From: Vezdaea acicularis
Lineage: Eukaryota
DNA length: 64,000 bases
Assembly (NCBI GenBank): GCA_026025075.1
Contig: JAPEUI010000042.1
Location: 62,001 to 126,000 of the forward strand
Direction: 5' to 3'
Below the pieces are notes generated by a model. It was not told where the DNA came from, made no database searches, and saw only the letters and a program-made list of their open reading frames with translations. The position numbers were made by a program, and so were the translations under genes. Below, in pieces: positions 39,601-51,497 of the stretch; the first letter of the stretch is position 1, and every line of letters starts with the position of its first letter.

Positions 39601-40294
39601 CGTGCCTGGAATCATCCCATCGACAGCGCAACGTGGGGGGGGCGGTCATGACGAGAAAGCGAAACACCGGCTGCGAGCAACAGCGTTCTGGTTGGCTGTG
39701 TATCGGACAATAACGCATTTATCGTCCTACCGAAAATGGAAAAATGCAAAAATGGGAAAAAGGGAAAGGGCGAAAGGGCCCGGCCAATCGCCTGCCCACC
39801 GCCACGGTCCGGGAGCCGTGGCCCAAACCGGCTAGGACGCCACTTGCCAACGCATCGCTCCTGCACCCCGACGCTTCCCCACCCCACACCCGCAGCGCCC
39901 ACTTCTCCCCCCCCTTCCTTCTTCCCCGAGGGGGTTCCAAGGCAAAATGCCAGGACAACGCGAGGTCAGTGAGTGGACGTGAGGAAACAATGAAAATGCG
40001 AGAACGCGAGAAAAAAGAGAGATCGCGATCGTCAGATCACGACGGTCGAGCGCGGCATGGGCAGATGGGGAACCACCCCCCGCAATCTTCCCGTGCGCCC
40101 TTTCGCACACGTGCTCATGCCTAGGCGAGCAGTTGCGAGGGAGTTGGTGAGGGATCAGGACGGAGGGGGATCGGTGAGGTCATGGTCAGAGGGAGGAACA
40201 CAAGGAGACATCGGGGCGGGGGCCATGTCGCATTCTGCCTCCTCTGTAGTCCCCGCGGTGGCGTAGGCCAGAGACCTATGTACACGTGATGGCG

Positions 40295-42043
40295 TTAGAA
40301 TTTGACAAAGTCCCTTTGGTCGAAGATGTCGTCGTTGTTCGGCTCACGGCCGGCGAGGAGAGGCTCGTCCGTGAGGCCATCCGAATCGACATCCTCGCTG
40401 TCGATTTCCTCGTAATCCTCCTCCTCACTCGAGATGTCGCTTTCGGATTCGACCGGACGCCGATTCGCGGGGTCGGCGCCTTGCTGCGCGTTCTTTTGCC
40501 TCAGTCTTCCCGCACGGTCGACGTGTGGGAGGCGGCACTTCTGGTTGCGGCAGGATCCTGTGTTAGCATAATCGGGACATTCATGGACGTGCCGTTCGGT
40601 GCAATCGGAGCCCTTGGGGCAGAAGCCTAGGACCGCGAACGGCCGGCAGACGTCGGCGTCGGGGCTGACTCGGACATGCGCATAGCGGCAGTTTTCTTTC
40701 GAGCAGGCTCCCCGCAGGAAGTGTAAACAAGCTGGCACCCGCTCGGGAGTCGGATCGTGAGAGAGGTCGCAGTTGTCTCCGGCCGGACAGGACCCCTTCT
40801 GGAGGAAGTCTTTACAGATCGCGACTTTTGCGGGGTCATGGATGAAGGGGCACGACGAGCCCTTTTTGCAGGTACCTAGGAGAAGTGCTAGTTAGTACGC
40901 CTTTCAGTCTTGCCACCGGTGCCTACACGGTGATTGGAGATGTATATGTTAGTATAAGCCCTAGGAAGGGTAGTTAATATACCAGTCGATGTGAAATGTT
41001 TGCACGGCTGTGATATCTTCTTTACAACGCCGCTCCTCCTAGTCCGTCACAGACTTCCCATTAGCCTGGTATTTGAAAAATATCTTCAAGCCGTGCACCG
41101 GGACCGGCTACTAAAGGGGGCATACCGCTTTGCCTTAACCGTACTGAGACGATAAAGGTTGCCATTTCGACTTCGCACGAAGGTGACGCCAGCCACGCTG
41201 GCTCTTTTCGGAGTGGAGCGAGCGGATTTGGGGTTATCTGCACACTGTCAGTCGAAAACGTTCATTGCATATCGAGCATTGAGATCATTCTGTCTCCGCT
41301 GTAAATCTAACCAGAGGTCCGTAAGAGCTTGCTTCCGCCTCCGACGACTTGAAAGCGGATATCGTTGATAACCAACTCTGTTGATGGGGTTCCCCGCGCC
41401 GTGGAGGCTTGAGATCTTAGATATCTTGTGATCCTAGCCCTCTCACGATTGTCTCTTTCTCGCGCTCTTTGCTGCTTCGTTTGCTCGATACCACGTGCCC
41501 GAGCGAGCACATCCTTATCATAGACAGATGCATTGATGAGCTGCATTTGACCTCTGTCGTGCCTCATGACCCAAGAAGACTTTGCCGCGGTGACCTCCTT
41601 CGCAGCCTGTTCAGAGCTGGACGTTGGATTTGCCAGACTTTCCTCGATATCCTCCTTTGAATCCAGTCTAGGTGCATTATTCAGTATGAGAGATCGATTT
41701 CTGTGAGTTGACGGCGCAAATCGAGCCCCTCTCCATCCACGTTGTCCTCGGCCTTGGCCTCGACCCCGGCTCAAATCGTATGGTGTACCGCTTGTGTGGG
41801 GCCAAGGACCATCAGATGTCTTGAGATCTTTGGTAGGTCAGCAGTAAACACATAGGTGCAGGATGACAGTCAGGACCGCGGGTTCTCTGAACGGCATTAA
41901 GAAAGCGCTCACCTGCACTCTGCCTGTGGCGATTTATGAGACCTGAGTTTCACTTAAATCAGTAACCCAAAATAGTACGGTGGACAAGAGATTTCACCAG
42001 CAATGTGGCCAATCTGAGCTTTTAGTTTCTCGTTCTCTGACAT
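40295..42043 (-). CDS. Multi-CCCH zinc-finger protein (ZC3H3/Red5-like), multi-exon
   Basis: THRNRSLILNN, GVTFVRSRNGNL and tandem C-x8-C-x5-C-x3-H-type fingers (CKDFLQKGSCPAGDNCDLSH, CLHFLRGACSKENCRYAH, CRPFAVLGFCPKGSDCTERH), with an acidic tail. Confidence 0.85.
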
Positions 42044-42924
42044 GGCTTCAGACTAGATTACCTCTCTGTCAGTACGCAGGGACGTCTCAGATGATGGCTT
42101 TTCCTAGCCCGATCTCAAATAGGGAAACACACAATGAATAGAAGTCCTAGTGATGGACAAAGCTTTTCAAATCTAAGTCGAGGATGGGGGCTTATTTCAG
42201 TTAGGAAGTCAAGAGTGTGTTTAGGTAATCAAGTGAGCTTCTCGAAGGCGACACAGGCCCCATACGCGAATGAGAGCTTCTAAATAAAAAAATTTCCAAC
42301 ACAAGGTTTCGGGCGGCTCATCCTACTAGATCAAGCAAGAACTTCAGAGAAGACTCACGCGGAGCTTCTTGAAGAACAGAGCATTCAGTGATTGCCTCTC
42401 AAGTACTCCAAATATCCCGCTAATCCCAGGCCAACAAAAGCGAGTCTCTCGAACGCTTTCTAAGTTATCCCCCTATACCGGCTTCACGAGTCCTAGTGCC
42501 ACCCTTGAAGGGATCAGCATAGGATAGACTCCGCCTCTCTTGTAATCATTTTTCCCAATTTTGACAAGCAGCTATAGAAATAAGCCTACAGTAAGCGCTT
42601 TTAGAGCAGGGTCAAGCCGACTCATTTACAAGAGAATCGCCCCCCTCTTTGACAGCTTTGCCTTTGGACGACTTCGCACATCAGTCATACGTTCATTCAT
42701 TTGACGCCAAATAAAACCGAGCACTCCAGTTGAAATGAGGCAGCGAGGACCATTCACACATTTGATCTCTGCAATGTACAAATGAATATAAAGTAAAGGC
42801 AGGAGAGCCTTTTAGGTATCATGAAGCCTCAAAACGCCAGCTATGCTCAAAGGCCTTTACCCAGATCTTGGCTTTCCTTACGCCACGCATGCAGACGTGA
42901 ACAAGTCATTTGCCGTTCAACATT

Positions 42925-44182
42925 TCAAGGGGGCACAACATCCTCCATCTCATCATCATTACCATCTTCTTCGTTCGATCCATCATCGAGATCAGATCCG
43001 GTTTCAAACTCTGGGCTTGCTTCCGGCGCAGCGGCCTCCGCACCTTTGTAAGATGCTTCCTTATACGATGGCTTGAGTGTCCAATGCATCGCGAATCGAC
43101 CAGTCTTGACAAGTTCCGCAATTGGCTCGAGAGTCTCCTTTAGATAAGTTTCTGGTTGTCTGAGTCTGGCTCTCATAGACTTAAGAGACCAGTATTCGTA
43201 TTCCTTGAAACAAGCATATATTGCATCGAGCAGTTGTTCCTTTGAAACTCGAGTCGCTTTCTGCTCTTGTGATTTCTGTTTGGTGGCTGTGCTTATCTTC
43301 TGCTATTCGTCAGTATACACGAGAGTAAGTTACAACATGGCAAACCCACCAGTCCAGTCCCGGGTTGGATGTTGCTGTTTGGTAGACCCTTCATTCGCTG
43401 AGTTTGACGCTTCGGCTTAGATGCTAGCTCATTCCTCTCTGCGACCAATCGAACGTAGGCTTCACTCTCAACCGGCAAGCATGCTACCTCATGTTTCACA
43501 ACGCCTGCAATCGCTGTTCGCTCTACAACAGGTCGTCAGCAAACAGCGCATCCATGAGCAAAGATCTTTCCTACTTGGTATTGCTTTCCTGTAATACGGC
43601 TCAGACCGCTTCCACTTTTCTCCCTTCGAAAACGCCTTTGAATGCCCACGGTCTCGCCGGAGCAGTCTGGTCGGAATTGAAGGTTTCGAGATACCTGCCC
43701 CTGGTTTCTGTCCTTGTTTAGAATTGTAACCCGGCAAATCCTTCTCGGTGAATATGTAGGTATTTGTGGAATGTTGGTTTATCATATTCAGGTCATATTC
43801 CTTTGGTAGATCTTTTAGCGCATCAACGTTTGGTGAGAGAAACAAGGTAAGCTTCGTGATTGCATCATGGTCAGTAGAGCTCTTCGTGCGTGGTCATGCC
43901 AAGACTCACTTTATCCGCAGTGCCCACTCGCACCTTCCCGATCTCTATCTCTTCATCATCTCCCAACGTAGACCACCGTTCCCAGAGGAAGGTTGGTAGG
44001 CGCATGAGCCACACAGTCTGGTCGCCCTGGGGGAATTCTAGGTCTCCGGCGTCTTCATAGATATCGTCTTCAGATAATGCGGACGGAGAAGCGATCGGGG
44101 GACCTGTTCCAAGCGTGGCAGAGAGACGATCGTCATGTTCGAATTTCACTACGCCTTTGGCTCCCTCGACAGGATTAGACAT
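42925..44182 (-). CDS. TFG2: Transcription initiation factor IIF beta subunit (RAP30)
   Basis: VWLMRLPTFLWERW, LPKEYDL...NTYIFTEKD, KHEVACLP and RLRQPETYLKETLEPIAELVKTGRFAMHWTLKP. Several introns. Confidence 0.92.
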
Positions 44183-44740
44183 TACTGCCCCTGATTGAGT
44201 AAATAGGACACAGAAATGGTGAGGCTTCAAAGAGGTTTGAAGTTGTCATGCCCCAGTCAGCGTGATAAAGCAGATGGGTGGCTGAGTGTCGACATCTCCT
44301 CCCAGTGCTGAAAGATTGGCCAAGTGACAATGAAATGCGCACCTCTGCTTGAGGTGAAGGTCGGTGACGCTAAGGCACTCGTAGCGCCGAAGTGCCTGGC
44401 AAAATCTAAGCACGTGAGAGAAGTGGAAAACTCGTAGGCAAAACATTGCTCGACGACCACGGCACTTTGTAATGCTGCAAATTGCTAGAGATCTCACGGC
44501 ACACATGCGAGGATTATTTTGTCTGCTTAAATAATTTGATATATAAAGTGCCCTCAACTTGTGCAAGACAGGGGTATGCAAGCTTCTGCCGAATGGTCCG
44601 AGGTTCACTTCACACCTTTTGCAGCAAACACAATCAACAGAAGAGCACAGCACCCACAACGCTAATCGTTCAAATTAGCTTCACGCGTCTCCTTCTTGAC
44701 CTACATTCAGGACTTCTGGTAGGTAAAGCTTCGTCACTTG

Positions 44741-46054
44741 ATGGATCCTCAAACTGTCAGAAAAGAGCTTCTGGACATCGAATCCTCAACAACCCCACCG
44801 GACAAAAGTCCTAGATACGAGCGCTTACTCCATTCCATACTTGAGGACTCCCGACCCGACACCCTCTCCCAAAATTTGTCACTTATCCTTGATTACTTAT
44901 TGGATTATACTCTGGGTATTGTCGCTTCGAGACCTTTACTTGCGCGTTTCGTCGGTGCTTTGAGTTCCGTCTCTTATTCAGATGTCAAGATTGAGGTTGG
45001 ACAGCACGCAATCGACTTGCTCCAGCCTCGAATTGTAGCCTTTGAAGAGGAAGATGCGAAGATCAGAGAGATGATGGCTGCCACATACGAGGCACAGGAG
45101 GATTGGCTCTCTGCTGCTAAGGTGCTCAAAGACATACAACTGGAAACTTCACAGCGGAAAATTCTAGACGACGATAAGATCAAAATATGGATCCGAATAA
45201 TACGCAATTTTCTTGAAGAAGACGATACAGTTAGCGCGGACATATATTTGAATCGCGTCAAGACCTTGATCTACAAATGTCAGAACCAAGAGCTATTGCT
45301 AATGTTCAAGCTCTGCAGCGCACGAATTCTTGACGCTCGCCGCAAGTTCCTTGATGCTTGCCAGGCCTATCTTGACATGAGTTTTTCCCCTATCGTTGTA
45401 GAGGAGGAAAGGATGCGGGCCTTATCATCGGCTATAGTATGCGCGGTCCTGGCGCCTGCTGGTCCTCAGCGATCTAGAACGCTTGCAAAGCTATATAAAG
45501 ACGAGAGATCAGTCCAAGTTGATGAGTTTAGCATACTCGAGAAGATTTTCTTAGATCGCCTTCTGTCTCCAGCTGAAGTGGAGAACTTTTCCAAAAGATT
45601 ATCAGAGCATCATCTCGCTAAGAGTGCTGATGGATCTACGGTCCTTGCGAAAGCTGTGATCGAACACAACCTTCTAGGAGCCTCTCGAATCTACGACAAC
45701 ATCGGTACAAAAGATCTCGGTGTATTGCTAGGGCTCACCGGTGAGGAAGCTGAGGGATATGCTGCTCGTATGATTGAACAAGGCCGCTTGTCTGGCAGGA
45801 TCGACCAAATTGATCAAGTCATATTCTTCGACGGTGGGGATGGGAGTGGGGAGAGGACGACCGCTGGCCAAGCAGACTTGGTTGTTGGCAAGGAACTCAG
45901 GAGGTGGGATTCAAATATCCAAGGTCTTGCTGAGGACGTAGAAAGAGTCACTACCCTGCTGCAAGACCACTATCCTGTTAGGAGGCAATCTTTCGATATT
46001 GAAGTCTTTGGCTAACAGAGCTAGGATTTTGTCGCCGCGAATCTTGTCCATTGA
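44741..46054 (+). CDS. CSN4: COP9 signalosome subunit 4
   Basis: ARILDARRKFLDA, LAPAGPQRSRTLAKLYKDER and PCI domain AVIEHNLLGASRIYDNI...IDQIDQVIFF. Short last exon DFVAANLVH* after intron 45977-46024. Confidence 0.95.
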
Positions 46055-47152
46055 AATGATAACTCGCAATATTTTGATTGGCATTTACCAAGGATGGTAT
46101 AAGGCGGCTTTCAAAGACTGGACGAAGGCGAAGCAAGCATCCCATGAGATCAGTTGCTCGGTAAATTTTAGCCCGACAACGTCTCTGCAGCCGCGACCGG
46201 TTCGCCTGAATTGCAAATGAATGGCTTATTGATTCAGGTGCATTGGGCAGCTGCGCCGGCTAGTCTCTTTCGTTGGGCACATCTGAAGAAAGAAGAGAAA
46301 TGGCTGATCTTGGCCATCATCACAGAACCCCTCCTAACGTGTACACCACCGTTTTCGAAGGTATGACTCCTGTGTGAAGGAGGTAGCGCCCGAAAGCACA
46401 TTTTCATATAATCAATATCCTGGCATTCTTCCCAAATGCAGCAATCTCATCTGAGCCTTGACTGCTCTTTTATCGCATTTACTGACACTCTCGCTGAGGC
46501 TAGCTCTTGTCCCTTTCAGTGCCTTCATGCAAGCAAGGAACTTCTAGCCATCCTTTCTTCGAAGGTTAAGCCTTTATCCACGACCTTACACGCAGTCTTG
46601 ACTTGAACGCTCCTCCGAGAGACTCTACTTACCTAGTAAGAACGGCAACGCAATCGGCATTACTCGGGGTCTTATCACAACAGCCCAGACAGCTAGGTAC
46701 CATTTAGAACTATCGAGGTTCTGGTTTCAAAGGAATAGGAGAGTCGTGAGCTACAATGACTGTCAGATAACTCGGAATTGTAGGCTTTCCCCATCTACTA
46801 TAAGGAGCAAGTAGAATAATGAAATTATTCTTTGTTATAAGAATACACGGGTGACATTTATTTTGAGACCAACTCTCAGCCATGTCCAACTGACTACCTG
46901 CTTACTGCTAGATGCACCATGCATGGGTGGAATACTGAGGCTTCTGGTATTCGATGGTGTTGATACGGTTCTACGGGACTTGAGATATAGCCGGAATGAG
47001 TGAAGGTGTAGACCAGTTTCAATTATTTAAATTAGCTCCTATATATAGTATAAATCCATCTCTACTTAGTAATTGTCCTAAAATTGAATAGAATTGTGAA
47101 TAGTGATATATATAAGAGAGAAAAGCTATAATGGTGGGTGGAGGGGCTGGTA

Positions 47153-48952
47153 TCATCTCAGAGACCGATGAAAAGACTCTAGCAGCTTTACCACGGCCTT
47201 GTGCCCACCCGTAGCGGCCCTGTCCAGCGCCGTCCTTCCAGACTCATCCTTCGCCTCGACGTTGGCCCCCTTCTCCAGCAGCAGCTTGACCATGGCCTCG
47301 TGCCCACCCGCAGCGGCCTCGCCCAGCGCCGTCCTTCCAGAGAAACCCTTCGCCTCGAGGTCGGCCCCCTTCTCCAGCAGCAGCTTGACCACGGCCTCGT
47401 GCCCACCCGCAGCGGCCTCGCCCAGCGCCGTCCCTCCGAAGAGACCCTTCGCCTCGAGGTCGGCCCCCTTCTCCAGCAGCAGCTTGGCCACGGCCTCGTG
47501 CCCACCCGTAGCGGCCCTGTGCAGCGCCGTGCTTCCAGACTCATCCTTCGCCTCGACGTTGGCCCCCTTCTCCAGCAGCAGCTTGACCACGGCCTCGTGC
47601 CCACCCGTAGCGGCCCTGTGCAGCGCCGTGCTTCCAGACTCATCCTTCGCCTCGAGGTCGGCCCCCTTCTCCAGCAGCAGCTTGACCACGGCCTCGTGCC
47701 CACCCGTAGCGGCCCTGTCCAGCGCCGTCCTTCCAGACTCACCCTTCGCCTTGACGTCGGCCCCCTTCTCCTGCAGCAGCTTGACCACGGCCTCGTGCCC
47801 ACCCGTAGCGGCCCTGTCCAGCGCCGTCCTTCCAGACTCATCCTTCGCCTCGACGTTGGCCCCCTTCTCCAGCAGCAGCTTGACCACGGCCTCGTGCCCA
47901 CCCGCAGCGGCCTCGCCCAGCGCCGTCCTTCCAGACTTACCCTTCGCCTCGACGTCGGCCCCCTTCTCCAGCAGCAGCTTGACCACGGCCTCGTGCCCAC
48001 TCGAAGCTGCCCATGATAGCAGTGATTGACCGTTATCATCCATCGTGTTGACTTTGGTATCCTTATCGACTTTGGCATTCTTATCGAGTAGTAGTTTTAC
48101 GACGGTCATTAACCCTTTCTTGGTAGCCCACCAGAGTAGTATGTTTCCGTCGTCGCGGCATTTCTGTGCTAACACTTCTGCGCTTTCGACGTCCTCGTTT
48201 TCAAAGTCTTTATTCTGTAGCAGAAATATGGCGGTCCCTCGATGACCTCCATCAACCGCCAAGTGCAATACCGCAGCCTTGTCCGCCGCTGTAACACGGG
48301 CATCTTTAAAAAGCGTCTGTACTATATTCTTGTGACCGTTTCGAGCTGCTCTGTTCAGCGCCTTGTCTTTGTTGTTATCTTCCTTCGAAACATCGGCACC
48401 TTTCTTGACCAGCAACTGCACCACCTCTTCGTTCCCATTCTCGGCTGCCCAGTGAAGTGCCGTCCGTTTGCAGTTGTCCCCAGTGTTGATAAGTGCCGTC
48501 AGTTTGCAGTCATCCCGAGTGTTGGTATCATCACAGATCTTTTTCTTTTCAAGGAGCTCCTCCACAATATCCTTGTGCCCTCTAATTGCAGCCTCGTGAA
48601 GTGGAGTCCTCCCATCTGCATCTGTGAGAGTACATTTCGGATCCGCAAATTCTATGAGACGCTTTACAAACTCCCCATATCCAAGAGTTGCCGCCCAGTG
48701 CAGCGCAGATCTCCCGAGTTCGTCCTGAGCGTTGACATCAAGCGCGGTCTCTCTCCTGGATATCGTGAGAGTGGACGTGCGCCTTTTGAGCAGAGATTTT
48801 TGTATTTCATCTGGTTGATTCTTAATTGCAGCAAAATGAAGCTTTGTTTTTCCACTACGTTTTCCGACAACAGTGTTTGTCCGTTTCAGCTTTGGCATCT
48901 GGAGACCTCCATCCAGTCTGTTGGTTGATACGACGGGAGATTGCTTCTCCAT
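47153..48952 (-). CDS. Ankyrin-repeat protein with a C-terminal array of near-identical repeats
   Basis: Divergent N-terminal ANK repeats (GRSALHWAA, GRTPLHEAA, KRTALHWAA) followed by ~9 repeats of SGxTALxxAAxGGHEAVVKLLLEKGAxxEAKxx. First ATG at 48952; the ORF-track start at 49114 is TTG. No NACHT/NB-ARC seen. Confidence 0.9.
   Translation of the reverse strand: MEKQSPVVSTNRLDGGLQMPKLKRTNTVVGKRSGKTKLHFAAIKNQPDEIQKSLLKRRTSTLTISRRETALDVNAQDELGRSALHWAATLGYGEFVKRLIEFADPKCTLTDADGRTPLHEAAIRGHKDIVEELLEKKKICDDTNTRDDCKLTALINTGDNCKRTALHWAAENGNEEVVQLLVKKGADVSKEDNNKDKALNRAARNGHKNIVQTLFKDARVTAADKAAVLHLAVDGGHRGTAIFLLQNKDFENEDVESAEVLAQKCRDDGNILLWWATKKGLMTVVKLLLDKNAKVDKDTKVNTMDDNGQSLLSWAASSGHEAVVKLLLEKGADVEAKGKSGRTALGEAAAGGHEAVVKLLLEKGANVEAKDESGRTALDRAATGGHEAVVKLLQEKGADVKAKGESGRTALDRAATGGHEAVVKLLLEKGADLEAKDESGSTALHRAATGGHEAVVKLLLEKGANVEAKDESGSTALHRAATGGHEAVAKLLLEKGADLEAKGLFGGTALGEAAAGGHEAVVKLLLEKGADLEAKGFSGRTALGEAAAGGHEAMVKLLLEKGANVEAKDESGRTALDRAATGGHKAVVKLLESFHRSLR
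47182..48000. repeat. 99-bp tandem repeat array (~8.3 units) encoding ankyrin repeats
   Basis: The GGCCT(C/T)GTGCCCAC core recurs with an exact 99-nt period from ~47190 to ~47990. Confidence 0.97.
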
Positions 48953-49353
48953 GTCTGTTCGTTTCCGTACAAGATGTGGATATTCATAGCACAAGACAAA
49001 AATCAACCGAAAAGAGCCGTGATTCTTTATAAAAGAGAAACAAGGTCTAGCCTTTCCAAACGCCTTCAGCCTCGTCGCACCTGAAAAAATCGAGGATCCA
49101 TTGATAGGAGCCAATCAACCTCCATAAGCCCGTGTCGATGCGCCAAGGTGGCAAAGATATTGCCCCGTTTGTTAGTATCCATTTAAAGATCACACACGGT
49201 GCGTATTTCCTGCGTATAGCCTTGGGAGTCAAGGAGCGGAGTAGTGGTGCTGCGAACCACAGTTTTTCTTCTCAAAAGACAGATTGAGAGACCGGATCAG
49301 AGCATTTATCTGGGTCTCAATTGACATTTGCAACACCTTAAATCTCAATAATA

Positions 49354-51204
49354 ATGTCTACAGCTTGTCTCTGTCTAGCGCTTCTTCTTTTGTCCCCTGC
49401 CGCTCTTGCTAGCGACGCGGCCCGGCCCGAGGATCGTCCGGTCGGTTGGCAAGGGGCCAATCACCGGCGCGGCACTTGGGACATCATCATCAATTGTTTA
49501 ACCACGTTCATCGCCTGCACGTGGAGTGTTCAACATCTCAACGTTCCAGCAGAGGAAAACAGTCAAGAGAGTTCGGCAGAAGAACAAGGCGGACTCTTGG
49601 TTCATCTATGGCGGGCCTATTTGGCGAATACTTGGCGGCGTATGTGGCGACAACTCAAGTGGATGATTATCACGACACTGTTCCCTGAGCTAATCGTCAT
49701 TCATGCCTACCTCGAGCTCACTATGGCCCTCAAGGCTCTCTGGCGTATGAAAGGAAAGGGTAAGTCCGTTGAATTACCGTGGTGGTCCGACTGGCGATCT
49801 CTGTCATGGCCGCGAGGCTGCTTCTCCACAAGGCAGGAAGAGACAGAGGTTGAGAAGCAGCTTAACACAAAAGTACAGGCTGAAGTTGACAAGAAGTGGA
49901 CGTTGACTCATTGCTTCTTTGCCAACATGGGAGGCCTATACTACACCACAGAGAAAAGCCCGCCATCTATTTTGACAGCCGTGCAGCTTGCAGAAGAGTC
50001 GGAATTTGAGCAACCAGAGATTTCCGAGGACGAGATTAAGGACAAGAGCAAGCAAGATCTGTTTGCAAAAATTTTTGCAGTTTTCCAGATTCTGTGGCTT
50101 GTTCTGTCCATCATCGTCCGAAAATTTCGAGGATTAGCCTACTCACAACTTGAGTTAATCACATTGGTTTTCGCAGTGTGTGGCGTGTGCATTTACTTTC
50201 TATACTTCTATAAGCCTCAGAACGTGGAAAGAAGGATACGCATTGGACAAAAGAAAGAATCTCTAAAAGAAGCATCGTCCCGGGGTGGTCTCCAGCAGAC
50301 TAATTCAGAAAGAGATGCCTCTTCACAATCCCAGAAAATCAAGAAAACATACGATAGTCTCTGGGATGTGCTGATGAACAAATCACATTCTACGAGCGAT
50401 TCTAGTCATTCGCCTCTCATAAGGGTTCCTAATGACAACATTCCGCTTTCTAAGAGCCATGTTGCCCATTCAGCCGTGGTTTTCTTGGCCTTTGCGTCAG
50501 GTCTCTTCGGCGCCCTGCACGCTTTTGCTTGGGATTTCGAGTTTCCTTCTCGAGTAGAAAGATATCTTTGGCGAACGGCTACTTGCGTTGCCGCCGGCAG
50601 CCCCTTTGTTGGGCTGATTACGATACCGCTGGCGCAGCTGACACGCTCAGCCGGCGATCCCGAAATCTTCAAGGCAAAATGTCTGCGCTTAATGAGCGAG
50701 TATTCTTGGCATGTCTCTGACAAAGGCCCAATCAACGCCGCCTATGAGAAACTCGAGCATACTATCGTTTTTCCCGAGAATGACCAGCAGCAACAGTATG
50801 TCTACATATTCTCAGAGGGGCCAGAATCGAACGATGCTCAAGCAAGACAACTTGCAGGGAATCTGCTCGACTTCTTAGAGCTGAAAGAAGACTTTTTGGG
50901 AAAAAAACCACAAGAGCTGCACCACGATAAAGAATTGATTGGGCACTTCCAAACACTGGTTAGCATCATTGAAGGACATGAGTCTAAAAGACTTATCGAT
51001 CAGGCTAGGACAGACATTTTTCCACAGAAGAATGTGTTTCACAAAAGTTTTAATCAAGGTATTGTTGTTGTGACGACAATTCTCTACTGCCTAGCCCGTC
51101 TTTCAATCCTTGCTGTCGGATTCTCAAGCCTTCGCTCGATGCCAGATTCTGTATATGTGAGGACGCCTTGGACGACGTTCATTTCAGTGGCCGGATCAGG
51201 TTAG
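49354..51204 (+). CDS. Multipass membrane protein of an uncharacterised fungal family, with signal peptide
   Basis: Signal peptide and several hydrophobic helices. Recurrent family motifs RGTWDII..C..T...CTWSVQHLNVP, WM..T.LFPE, WTLTHCFFANMGG, EIKDKSKQD, KPQNV, FGALHAFAWDFEFPS..ER.LWR and LYCLARL...SLRSMP.SVY. Intronless. Confidence 0.85.
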   Translation: MSTACLCLALLLLSPAALASDAARPEDRPVGWQGANHRRGTWDIIINCLTTFIACTWSVQHLNVPAEENSQESSAEEQGGLLVHLWRAYLANTWRRMWRQLKWMIITTLFPELIVIHAYLELTMALKALWRMKGKGKSVELPWWSDWRSLSWPRGCFSTRQEETEVEKQLNTKVQAEVDKKWTLTHCFFANMGGLYYTTEKSPPSILTAVQLAEESEFEQPEISEDEIKDKSKQDLFAKIFAVFQILWLVLSIIVRKFRGLAYSQLELITLVFAVCGVCIYFLYFYKPQNVERRIRIGQKKESLKEASSRGGLQQTNSERDASSQSQKIKKTYDSLWDVLMNKSHSTSDSSHSPLIRVPNDNIPLSKSHVAHSAVVFLAFASGLFGALHAFAWDFEFPSRVERYLWRTATCVAAGSPFVGLITIPLAQLTRSAGDPEIFKAKCLRLMSEYSWHVSDKGPINAAYEKLEHTIVFPENDQQQQYVYIFSEGPESNDAQARQLAGNLLDFLELKEDFLGKKPQELHHDKELIGHFQTLVSIIEGHESKRLIDQARTDIFPQKNVFHKSFNQGIVVVTTILYCLARLSILAVGFSSLRSMPDSVYVRTPWTTFISVAGSG

Positions 51205-51497
51205 TCGGTACCGGCAGAGACTGTTTGAAAAAGCAAGATCTGCTGGACAGGATTTTTCGTATGATCACTTGATTCTACATAAACGCTCATGTTGCTTCTT
51301 TTCAAAAAATATTTAAAGGCAAATGTCACAGGGTTGAGCTGGAAACCTGCAGAATGGAGTGTATGGCGTAAGGCATCTGGCAGAAGGCATGGAAGCAAAT
51401 AAATCATCTGAAATCAAAGCGAATGGATTGCTCACAGCGTAGTATTAATAGATAGCTTTGTCCTTGCATTTGCTCCTTACAGAGTGTCTTGTAATTA

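Noticed and set aside
36533..40266. Many overlapping ORFs of up to 400 aa (e.g. 38077-39279)
   Set aside because: Low-complexity Arg/Pro/Gly/Ser translations in all frames, as expected for high-GC non-coding DNA. No domains recognised.
47182..48000. Regularly spaced repeats suggesting a CRISPR array
   Set aside because: No unique spacers, the period equals one 33-aa ankyrin repeat, the context is eukaryotic and there are no cas genes.
47188..48078. Three long alternative-frame ORFs (296, 276 and 271 aa) over the ankyrin array
   Set aside because: Artefact of a GC-rich 99-bp unit lacking stops in several frames. Only the ankyrin frame gives a recognisable domain.
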